DNA from: Lingula anatina
Lineage: Eukaryota > Animalia > Brachiopoda
DNA: 64,000 nucleotides
Assembly: GCA_051362555.1 (NCBI GenBank)
Contig: CM120640.1
Location: forward strand, 31,515,967 to 31,579,966
Direction: 5' to 3'
The notes beneath the pieces were generated by a model that did no database searches, was not told where the DNA came from, and worked only from the letters and a program-made list of their open reading frames with translations. The translations under genes and the position numbers were made by a program. Positions 50,491-62,425 of the stretch are shown in pieces (position 1 is the stretch's first letter; each line of letters starts with the position of its first letter).

Positions 50491-53400
50491 ATGAGAACAA
50501 ACGTCTTCAAAATTATCATTCTATGCGGCTCTTTGATGCTCATCAAAGAAGCCTTGGGGATTGCTACAGAGGCTTGTGACACCACCTTTACGACAGCCGC
50601 CATTGGGATACAAAACGCCAGCGTCATTCTCACCGGCATGATGGCCTTGTACAAACCTGGAGAAGGAGGTTACGGTTGCAGCGCAGTACCTGACGGTAAA
50701 TAGAGAATTGACCATTTCACGAAAGACATGGAACAAATTATAAATTTTGATTTCGCCTTCGCTGCCTTTTCTTTGTCAAATTAATCTTATTCTATAAGTC
50801 CGCGCTTTTTGATCAATTGCCATCTCTATCAGTGTCTCACCAGTCACACTGCGTGATATCCAACTTCAACGGGTTTTATAAAGACCATGGTCAATCCATA
50901 AATACTATAAAATTTACCAAAAGCATTATAAAATCCTTACAGAAGAGTCGAGAGAAAACCGTGGTTTTAGTCTTGGGGTGGGGAGGGTGGGAGTAGTCGG
51001 TGTCCTATTCAGCCAAATAGGGCTTTGGTCAAGCTTTTGGTAAATCGTCTCATATCTATATTGCAGCTTAATGTTGGAATATACATGTAGATATGAAACG
51101 ATTAACCAAAATCTTAAGCACAACTGTAACCATAATGCCTTAAATGTTGTTATTCGACCAGTCCGATGGACGAAGGCCATTGAAGCAATGCGATGGTCCA
51201 TTGAACTTCTAAACAGAGACAGCGGCGTGTTAAATGGAAGAAGACTCACCGATACTTATATACCTGGCGTGAAATTTGGTAGGGAAACATGGCATTCGCC
51301 AAACCAAAAATCTATGCTTATGAAAAAAATAAAAAATATTAAATCTTATTGTCCCTTTGTGAATTTCTATAAATCCACTGTCTTTTTCAATTAAAAATAA
51401 TTTAATAATTTAACTTTTAACTGTATACATGTATTTAAGGTTTCCTACCAAACATCAATCACCATGCCACAGGTACTTTCTATTCAAATTGTAAATATTA
51501 TTATAGAAACAATATGTAGGGTTGTACTTTGAATATCCAGGTCTGCAGATCACAGCCACGTGTGGCCACCCAGAGACTGCTTTCACTGCCCTGAAGCAGA
51601 CATTCCCTGCCCTGGTGACCACGGAGACCCAGTGTGCGCCTAACGGGACCAGTGTGCTGCCAGGTAGATATGGAGTATACCTCAGAGAAAAGCACAAGTT
51701 GCATGACCTATTATTATTGAACGTTTTAAGCTCACGGATTCTGGTACCTTTTCCTGACCAAAGCTGGTTTCGACCCTTTTACGTAACGTTCTTCCTTTTT
51801 TGCAGGGGGGGGGGGGGGGGGGCGAAAAATCCTGTTACACTTAAATGTGCATAGGGATTATCTTTGACAGGTATATTAGGGTTCACAGAGCGGCGAAATT
51901 ATGATAATGAACTCTATCATAACGAGGTTCCAGTTGTGAACATCGGAATGGGGCCATTGTTAACAACGCCAGGCGAATCTGTACTACATGTGGCAGCGTC
52001 TTACGAGACCCGGAGTAAGGTACGTATTTTGAGGATGGCCAAGCTACCATTTTTTTAAAAAGTAATTTGTTTAAATAATCGGTATAGTATGTACCTGTTG
52101 TGCTGACTTGAACAAAATGCTGATAACAGCTTCAAACTGTCCCGAAAATTTAGAAAACAATTACTATTGACAAAAATATCGGGCTCTCATGGAATAAGTC
52201 CTTCATCTTTGATCGACAATAACTGGATATGCAAGAGTAAAAACTTCAATTAAAACATTAATTTTGTTTCTCATTTAGGTAGTATCAGAAGTGTTAAAGC
52301 AACTCAACTGGAAATACATTGCAGTACTGTACTCCAATGATGCTACTGGGAGAACCAGGGTGGATATCATGAGAGACATGCTAAGAAGGTATGATCTGTG
52401 CGCCACTCTCACAGAAACTGTAGATCTCGGTCTATCAGATCAAGATGGTGATGTTGTCATCAAAAAACTTATCTCCTTCGGAATTACTGGTGTCCTTTAC
52501 GTTGGATCACAAGACCCTCTTTCCGTTTTATTCAATGCAGCAAATCGGGCAGCCAGAGAGAATGCTAAATTCAATTTTCAGTGGATTCTGGACGATATTA
52601 TTGATGAAATATCTGCTCTAAGTAATATGCCTTACACCAGGGGCGTTTTGTATATCCGCGATGCTGTTCAGGACATTTATGAGTTTAAAGACCACTGGGC
52701 AGAGCTTGATCCCACACGACCACCAGCTGAAAACCCTTTCTTTGCTGAACAATACATGACAGAGGAAACTTGCAGACTGCCTTCAGCATTTCATCAGCCA
52801 TATGTTTCTTATGTCAGCTGTCCAACCGTGACCAAAGAGGAAAGGCTAAGGCGGTATGCTAAGGATCTTATGCGAGGTTTTGTTAACTTGGCTGTGGATA
52901 CCGTGTATACTTATGCAAAGGCATTAAAAGAAGCACAATCAACAAAGTGCCAGACAAGGGGCATGTGCCAAGACTTTATGCGAATGACCCACAAAGAATT
53001 TGCCAATCGGTTCTTAAAGACTGTAAATTTTACATACACGATGAACGAAAGAATACAGTCTCTAGAAAACAGAAAAGTGGCTTTTGATAAAGGATATCTA
53101 TCGAATCCAGAAGTCGATGTTATAAATATTCAAGTTGATAAGCACGTCAAGGTAATGGTATAGACAACGTACAATTTTTTATGACATAAGATTTATAACA
53201 TTATTTTTATTACAAACAAAATTCATTTTTTTAATTGAACGGTACAAGTAGAGGCATCCGACAGAGAAATATTTAATGGTTTACGCAAAGTACCTTACAA
53301 ATGCAGACAGTAATATTCAACATAATGCTGCACTTGACATCTTTTAATATCCGTTTCAAAGATTAGCGTAACTGTCTGTATTTTAATTCTTTTTTCTCTT

Positions 53401-56400
53401 CCTTGTACACATCTAGGTCGGAGACTACAGAGCGGGTTTACTGTCTTTGAATACATCTCTAATTCGTATGTATGACGCAAGACGCACTGGGAGACTTGCT
53501 GAAGTTCCAAAATCACTTTGTCAAGTCTCACACTGCAATTGCATGTCGAATTTTAAATCAAGTGATAATGTTTATAGTCAACAGGGAGATTTAATTATTG
53601 GCGGAGTTTTCTCAACTCGACAAAAAGGTTCTACACTGCATACATGCAGAAGCATTGATTCAGTCCAAATGCAGTTAGTTGAAGCATTCAAATATGCCGT
53701 GTTGAAGGTAAACAGAGGAGAAGCATCCGTAAGATTGCCACCAGGTATAAGACTCGGTACCACTATATATGACGATTGCGAGGATCCTTATATTGCAAAG
53801 GCGTCACAGTCGGCGTCTAAATCTTTGGACGCAATTGTGGCCGTCTCACCTGATTTGCCTCATATGACGGTACACGACACACTAGATGGGTTTAACATTC
53901 CATTAGTTTCGGCAGATCCCTCTTTGTCACTGCCAAGAGAAGTTGAAATCCAGATACTTCTTCACATCCTTATGCACAATGATTGGAGATTCGTTCAGGT
54001 GGTGTACTCCGATGACTCCTATGGCAATGCAAGCAGTCGAGAATTTAAAGCAGAAGCGTTAAAGAATGGGATTTGTGTTGTACAGTTGGTGCGTTTTAAG
54101 AACGCAAATGTTGCTGAAGCAGCTAGCCTGTTAGACAAATATCCGAACACTAAAGTTGTAATTATACTTCTTTCACGACCTAACATTGTTCGTATGTTCT
54201 TATACAGCATGCGGCTCCGTCGTGGTGAATACATATTGATAGGCAACAGTGTGCTTGGCAACTCCAATACCGCCGTCGGGGGTGAAGATATAGTATCGAC
54301 AGGGACGCTGGCAGTCAACGTCCAATACCCGAACAACACCGATTTCTTTTCACATTTAAACCAATTGACTGCAAAAAGTGGTTCCACCCTGTTGTTCCAA
54401 AAATGGTACGAGGCACTCTTCAACTGTACGTTAGACACCAAAGTTAATGTTGCATTTCAAAAGTGTATCCAACCTTACTCGACGCCTATCACATCTGCCA
54501 GAGGATTCAAACTGGTCCCCCAACATCAGCTTGTTATTGAAACAGTATATTCTGTCGCTGAAGGGTTGGAAAGAACATTGCGGCGTTATTGTCCTGGGAA
54601 CATTGACAGAATATGTCCTGCATTTAGAAACGCCCCTGACAAAAACCTTGTGGTTGAACGAGAAATAAAAGAAGTATTCCAGAGAAAAGCCATTCATGCA
54701 ACTTTTAAAATCATTCAATTTAAGGGCGAGAATGAAGGATATCAAGAGGTAGGAAATTTTTTGACAAATACAACAAATAACTGAATCATAGCCCTAGAGA
54801 AAACACATTAATAAAGGTTAACATGTTTTCTCAACCAAAAACAAATTAGGCCTACATAAAAAGCGGAATGTTTACTTTAAATACAGTGAACGAGTTGCAG
54901 TGATTGTGTGTTGCTAGTTACATTAATTTATGGTGTTTTAAAGTGTCGCCATTACAATGTTTTTATCCCTTCAGGTCGGGCAATTTAACGAAGCTACAAA
55001 GAAATTACACTTAGATGATGTCAGATTGTCTGGAATATCCTTGTCTAGTTGTCCTGGTGCCTGCTACGTGTGCAACTATGTGTACCAACACCAAGACATA
55101 GTCATAGTTCCAGGAGACATCTTGATCGCCGGGATATTTAATATTCACGACAAGGGGTCTTCTCCATTCACTTGTGGAGATATTCGCAACGGTCCAGCTA
55201 ACATACAGGGCGCCAAAGCTGTCCAATATGCAATAGAGACCATAGCAAACGGCACGGCTCCTGTGAGTTTAAAGGGCGTGAAACTTGGGGCTGTGATATT
55301 GGATGGATGTTCTAGTGCAGCGAGAGCAGGAAACCTTATGTCAAGTGCATATACGGGGTTGCTAGGATTGAAGCAATTCAGAGACATTAAAGTTTGGATG
55401 GTTGAAGGTGCAGATATGCTGGAAGAAGCTTTGCCCACTTTGAAGGTAATGGGGTTACCTGTTATAACAACAACGACGACGGACAGTCAACTGAACCAGG
55501 AGCTTCAATTCTATCCTAAGATTTATCGTTCAGTGCCCACGTCTGGCCATCTTGTTTCTGGTATTTTGCAGTTTCTCAAAGAAATGGGCTGGAACCGCGT
55601 GCAGGTGATCCATTCAACGGACACCTATGGGAAAAATATGGCTGATATATTTGGAAGGTTGGCGGAAAGTGCAGGCGTTTGTGTTCAGCAAACCCATTTT
55701 ATTAGCAACAAAGAAGAATCTGAAAAACTTTTATCGGTCTTATTATCTTCGTATGATGCTTCGGTTGTTGTCCTCTTTACTAGTATTGAAGATATCTCGG
55801 AAGGCATTCTGACGGCTAAGCAAAAATTGACTAATGACCCTCTTCGGCTGCTTATCTTTCTTGATGACTTCTCTGCCACTTCACGAATTTCACCAAGCTT
55901 ACTTGAAGGGACGGTATTGTTTCAGATAAAAGAACTCGATCTTGACAATTTCTCAGCTTACCTCAAAACACAGAAATTTAATGGTACCCCCAAAAATCCA
56001 TGGTGGGACGAATATTATGCGAGACTTTTCAAATGCAATCTCCCTGGACAGCACAAATACAATATGTCCTGTCAAAACGATTCTTCCTTGAGAGTGACAG
56101 ATGCTCCTGATTATGTACATCAGCCATTCACATGGGGTACCATTCAGGCAGTGTACGCATTTGCACAGGCACTGGATTCTTTGCTAAATGAACGTTGTGG
56201 AGCAGATAACGACGGACTTTGTGGCGCTTTCACTACTGATCACAATATCACAGCGGCGCTTGCTGCCAAATTAAATGGTGTTTCAATGGATGACGGGTTT
56301 GGTAAAGTCTTCAAATTTACCTCAGAAAATGGAACGGTAAATTACATGGTGCAGCGATATAGCAATGATGTTATTGAACAGGTACTTTTACCGAAACTCT

Positions 56401-59400
56401 TATTTATTTTGATATAGTATAAATTTTAATTACATAATGTGAAATGTATATCTGCTCTTGATTCATGCCATCAACCCCATAATAGACAAATTTATATCTT
56501 TTTTTCCAGATTGGTACATATCGAATATTCCAGCGCTCCCTTACTCTTACCAACCCGACCCTTAAGGACTATTATGGTTCAGTTAGTGCTAGGTGTGATG
56601 GACTGTGCTCACAAACTTGTTTCGCAAAAATGAAAACCGCTGCAAAAATAACTAAAGATAAACAAGGGTTCGTTGACGGCGATGTAATTTTTGCTGGTGT
56701 GTTGTAGTTTTATTCTTATCTTCATGATTAAGTTATATAAGCAATGGTTATAAGCAGTATTTTGATTCATTTATAAATAATTTGCTGCATATGACTTCTT
56801 GCGAACACTGAAACCAAAGGTTGGCCTAAGTGCGTAAGTCACTGTATTATCGTGCTTTTTTATATAGCGCTAACTGATTCATATGCCGTTATTGTTTCCT
56901 ACACAACTTAAATACACCAATTAAAAGGTTTATCTCGATTTTTAAGGTATCTTTGACGTACACCAAAAGAGCTTACAACCCTTAGCCTGCGGCCCTTTGA
57001 GAGATCAAAATGGGTTCCAGCTAACAGAAGCATTTCTTTATGCTCTGAACCTTGTAAACACTCACAGGGGACAATTTCAAGATATATTGCGTGGGGTCAA
57101 ACTGGGTGGCATTTTATTAGATTCCTGCGAAAGTCCTGCACGGGCCGCGACGCTCGTCGATAATATCCAAAGCGGAAGAGTGAGTTTAAGCAATTCTACT
57201 GTTTCAAAATTCATTGCCGCTTACATTGCCGGCCCAACCAGTGCAAGCAGTCGAACAGTGGCAGAGGTTTTGAAACCGTATGGTGTACCTCTTCTGAGCT
57301 ACGCGGCAACCAGCACCGATCTGAAGAATCAGTTGAAATACCCCACCTTTCTCCGCACTGTTCCCAGTGATGGCAAACAGGCAAGGGCAATTCTGGCAGT
57401 GTTGAAAAGGTTCAACATAGAGTACGTGCAACTGGTAACTTCATCAGGACCCTACGGTGATCCAATGGCGAAGGACTTGCTGGAGCTTGCAGGAGAAAGC
57501 GGCGTCTGCATCGCCCAACATCTTGTTCTCCGGGTAACTAAAACAGTGTCGGTTAAAGTTGCTGCCAATAGCACTTTACATGCTCTCTTGAAGAAACCTC
57601 CACGAGTTGCAGTACTGGCGTTAGAACGGGAACATGTGCGTGAATTATTACTCGCCTTCAATAGTAGTACCAATGCTAAAAAACAAAAAATTCTGTTTAT
57701 TGGGACTGATACATGGCAGAGGGATCTTTCCGTTGTTGCCGGTCTTGAAGATATAGCAGAGGGAGCGCTTACTCTTGGCCTTGAAACTATAGACGTTCAG
57801 GATTACGACACTTCATTCTTCTTAAAACATCCAAATAACTACTTCTCTAACCCCTGGTTCGAGGAATATTACCAATGGCTTCACCAATGTTCATTGCAAG
57901 GAGATGGGGTGTTTAACAAACTGTGTCCATTGCAAACATCACAAATACCGCCAACCAAGTACAAACAGGACAAACTTGTCTTTTACACCATTGCAGCCGT
58001 CCATGCCATGGCACATGGTCTTCATTCGGTCCTGTTGGATACCTGTGGAGCACAGTACTATGGGCTTTGCAGCAACTTCACAAGATCGGGGAATAAATAT
58101 CAACAGCTTCTGAAGTCTACAAAACTTGCCAACTTCACGGATATCACCGGACGTCCCTTCGAGTTCAAAGATGGAGAAAGCGTCTGTGGGTATAACTTGT
58201 TCAGATTTGGTCGAGAAGCGCTTGGAGGATATCTTTACAGCACGGTAGGAATTTGATTTTGTTGTTGTATTTAAATTATGAAAATAACAAGTTTATTTTA
58301 AATCATAACAACCTTGAGGTAGAAGTTGTGCAGATATATACTTTCAAATAAATAAAAAACTATTTATATGAAGATCAAATTAAGCTAAAAAAAAAAATAC
58401 AGACTTGAAAGAGTTGTATTATTAAATGGGTTTAAATTTTGGTTTTTGGCACATTGAAGTTGGATTGGTTGTTATATGTTTACCTTCCGTAAGATCTGGT
58501 GGGTAACATAATTCAGCTTATCCCTGTCGTTCCTAATTTTTGAAAAAGGACTTGCATAGTTGTATGCGCCGGTTTTCTAAAGTGACAAGGTTTGCTTTTA
58601 CCCGGGCATCAACCTAAGGTGAATCAGAAAATATAATTTATATTGCCTTAGATTGGATATATTATATTATATTATATTATATTATATTATATTATATTAT
58701 ATTGCACTGACCACTGGTTAACCCAGGGTGCCACAAAAGACAAGCAAATTCAACAACAGAGCGAATTAACCTTGATACAACTGCGCAAGAACTGATGAGG
58801 ACGGTTTAGCACTTTTTTTTTAAAGTTTGCAAAGATAATGGAACCGTGTACATATGTAGTCAACATGTTCATACCTTTAAAGGTTGTTAGTAACCAGTAA
58901 GCCCAAATATTTGAAATTATATTCATGTACTTTGCAGGCACGCAACAACCGTATAAAATATAATGAAACGCTACCAAGTCCATACAGGGATTTTGAGAAG
59001 TCATCGTTTCTTTTTTTTTCTTTTTTTAAATAAGCGATGATAACTTTGATACACATACCATTACGAGCCCAGACGATATTTTCTGTGTGCCTTTCAAACT
59101 GTTGACAGAAACACGCGACAACATCATAAAATGTCCTGAAACACTGCTTAGTTCACACAGGTATTTTGAGAAGTCATCGTTTCATTTTTTTCTTTTTTTT
59201 TCAGATAGGGGATTATAACTATGAAACACTAACCATTACCAGCCCAGACGACAATTTCTATGTGCCTTCTTCAAACTGTTCACACAAACACTCTTGTAGA
59301 GAGTGCCCAACCCTGGGGCCCAAGAAAACAAGAATAATGATATCGGACAAACAGACAATAAAGGAGATTTCAAAAATGTATGTGGTTGCCGTTATGGACG

Positions 59401-62400
59401 TGCACCAACGTGGTCGAAACCAATTTGAATGCGGACCTCTCAATGTGCAAAGTTATTACCAGCTGTATGCTTTACAGATTGCGCTAAGGAAGGAAAATCC
59501 CGACAGCCTTGGATTGTTGGTAATAGATGCTTGCTCGCATAGCATTCGTGCAGTAAACGATATTTATAGTTTTCAGGGTGGCTGCGGCATCATCGGTGAG
59601 ACAGCTCCGATCGATCTGAAAGTCAGGCCCGAGATGACTATGGCCTACGTCATCATGGGACCAGACAACGTTGATGCTGCCAGGGCTTTTTTAACTTCGC
59701 AAGAAATCCCTATAGTTATACCCTCGGTTGCTCCTGCTGCCCCTAATAAATATGTGTTCAGCACCATGCCTTCTGATTTTAACAAAGCACAATTGCTTAT
59801 TTCCATTTTACAATCATTAGAATGGACCCACGTTATGGTGGTCAGTTCTAGCAGTGATGGCAGTCAGGCGGCAACCACTGCCTTTTTCAACGCAGTCAAA
59901 AATAAGACCAATATTTGTATTGGGAAACAGATCATTATGGGAGAAAATGCCACTGAGGACGACGCGCGAGATTTTGTTAATAATCTTAACAGTACAAGTG
60001 ATGCTCGGGTCGTGGTATATTTTACTGACGTTAAGCATACAGAGCTCCTTTGGTCTGGATCAGACTTATCTCAATTAGTGTGGATTGGCTTTTCCCATGG
60101 TGAAAACGAGGCAAAGGAAAACAGCGATCGCGTTTCAGGATCCATTACAATTTCACCACAAACATTAGACATGCGAGATATCTCAAATACCCTAGTGGGA
60201 TCACGTCCAGATATCACAAATGATATACCCCCAGACTGGTTTGAAGAGTTTTGGCAATTAATAAATGGCTGCAAAAATTCAAGTAGCAAGTTTGTACAAA
60301 AACAATTCACTCGCGAATGTGGAGACAGTGAGCAGATTTCATCAAATGAAATACGCATGGACCCCTCTGTAAGCCACACCTTTTTAGCAGGCAGTATCTT
60401 GCGAGAGGCGGCTTTGACATCTGAATGTATTCCTGGAGACCGCAATTGCTTTACAAAGGCTCTTCATACAACTGTCGTGCAAGTACCTGATGCGACAACG
60501 AAGTTTTCCTTTAATAATACTTTAGGATTCGAAATCCGAAATTTCCAAAGCAAGTCCAAAGTGCATGTGAAGGTAGGTACATATTGGAAGGAATAAATCG
60601 CAAAATCGGTATGTTAGCCTACATTTAAAAATCGATGATAGTATATTATGAAGAGACCAACCCATAAAACAGCAGAGTTGACAACTTTGAAACTGAGTTA
60701 TAAGGTACTGAAAAGATTGGAAAATACGTGAAAAGATAGATCAACAGTAAGAGCTATGCCACTCAAAAAAACTGTCATGACAGTTAAGTAACTGATTAGT
60801 TTATTAATGGGCATGCCTTGGCGGAGATCTGCGCTCTCTGAAAGCTTTTTTAGTTTTTTTTTTTGTTTTAGATTGGGTCATGGGATACAGGCGCGATGCA
60901 CCTTAGCATTGATGTACGTAAATACCAAGGGCCAATTGCCAAAGGCGGATCGAACTGTACTTCGGAGAACTGCCCTTGTTTAAAGAACCCAGTGGTCACT
61001 TTTAATCAGTCCGTTACCGTTGCAACTCCTTCACAAAATGAATACATTACAACCTTACCGGCGGTAGATTCCCGCTTCGTCAGTGCTTTAGGAATCATTG
61101 TTTCAATGTTCATAGGAATCGGTGTCCTCCTGACATTGGTGCTCTTCGTGGTCTTCTGTGTTGCTTATCCGAACTACAAAAACATCGGGACCACGTTACT
61201 TGGGTACTACGGACTGTTTGGAGTATTAGTCATATTTCTTCACACATTGGCCTTCATATATTATCCATCATCTATCGTGTGTGGCTTCAGGCGATTCTTA
61301 CTGGGTTATTCTTATGCCATTTGTTTCTCAGCATTTCTTGTCAAAGTTTTAGATATATGGAGAATCGGAAAGTATGGCGACGCAAAATACAAACGAGTGA
61401 CAAGTCCTTGCAGCTTATTCTTTGTTGCAATTGGTTTGACACTTGTCCAAGGCATCATCGTGACCATGTGGCTGGTTCAAGATCCTCCGAAATCGGGAGA
61501 GATAATATATGACGGCGGTAGGTGGCACTGGTGTACCAGTACTGACTCTCACAACGTTGACCTAGTGATGTCGTGCATCTACGTCATGGCTCTAATACTC
61601 ATGACCGCCATTTTTGGGGTTGCCACGTGGAAGCTTGAAGTAAACAACAGAGAATCGCGCTGGATTTGCATAGCAGCCTTTCTCACCATCGGATGTTGGG
61701 TAATATGGACCGTCGTTTCCACTCTGGCCGAGCGCAAGTACAGAGACGGTGCGATCGCTATCTGCAACCTTGTGAATGGATATGTCATTCTGGCCACTGT
61801 CTACTTTAGAAAGCTGTGGTTGCTGGCCATGCACAAGAAGGAAAAGAGAGAACTGGCTGAAGAACACAGATCCGTGAGTATGAACGGAAGCGCCGAAGGT
61901 GAGATGTCAAAATGCCATGTATTTTATTTACATTTAAATAAAGTATACTATAAATAGATACCATAGAAATATATTCCATCTGCAATTGCATGGAGTCTAA
62001 GGATGATCTAAAATATCAGTAGCATGGTATAATAACACTGTCATTGTTTGGGAATTATTTAATATTGATCTGATTTAGAATTCATTGTATTGTAATGATA
62101 AAACTGCCTCCAGAGGAGTGACCATGCTGTGGCCTGTCTCTATCGTATTCTAGTTCTTTCATACAGATGGGTTAGTTTTTTTAACAAGACCTCCTCTCTC
62201 ATTCTGTTGAAACTAGTTTACTTTTTCACTGAAGAAAAGGTAAGCCAACACATCCTGTAAAAATTTGAGAATATTTCATGTGATTATCTAGGTGAGCCAA
62301 TAGAAATGTATTCCACCTATCCAACGACGACGCGAACAGGTGAAGTGTTCGCGCCGGGATCCACCACTCGCTCGTTGGATGACCCTGCGTATGTGTATGC

Positions 62401-62425
62401 TGTCAAACCTGCCAGACGTATGTAA
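50491..62425 (+). CDS. Class C (mGluR-like) GPCR with five tandem Venus-flytrap (ANF-receptor) domains and 7TM, ~2739 aa
   Basis: Exons 50491-50695, 51162-51278, 51541-51663, 51871-52019, 52279-53151, 53417-54748, 54975-56381, 56510-56696, 56947-58244, 59205-60572, 60872-61898, 62292-62425 total 8220 nt, in frame, all GT-AG. There is one signal peptide. VFT motifs recur five times (GD-I/L-IxGxF..H/R, LGxxIxDxC, WxxVxVxxS, NPWF-like..C). The 7TM has CGFRRFLLG...LVKVLDIWRI, WLVQDPP and NNRESRWI. Confidence 0.88.
58657..58703. repeat. (ATATT)n microsatellite
   Basis: Direct reading. Confidence 0.9.
58989..59115 (+). repeat. Decayed tandem duplicate of the acceptor and first ~85 nt of the VFT5 exon
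   Basis: ATTTTGAGAAGTCATCGTTTC(T)n...AGCCCAGACGA...TGTGCCTT..CAAACTGTT.ACA.AAACAC repeats at 59163-59291; the upstream copy has TAAA in place of the CAG acceptor. Confidence 0.75.

Noticed and set aside
50491-60596. Five separate soluble VFT genes or an assembly artefact
   Set aside because: Only one signal peptide, short in-phase introns, and the repeats are highly diverged from each other rather than near-identical.
61871-61880. Alternative donor TCC|GTGAGT for the 7TM exon
   Set aside because: It is phase 0 and would put the 62292 exon out of frame, giving an immediate stop (VSQ*). The 61898 donor gives a longer open tail, but the alternative is not formally excluded.
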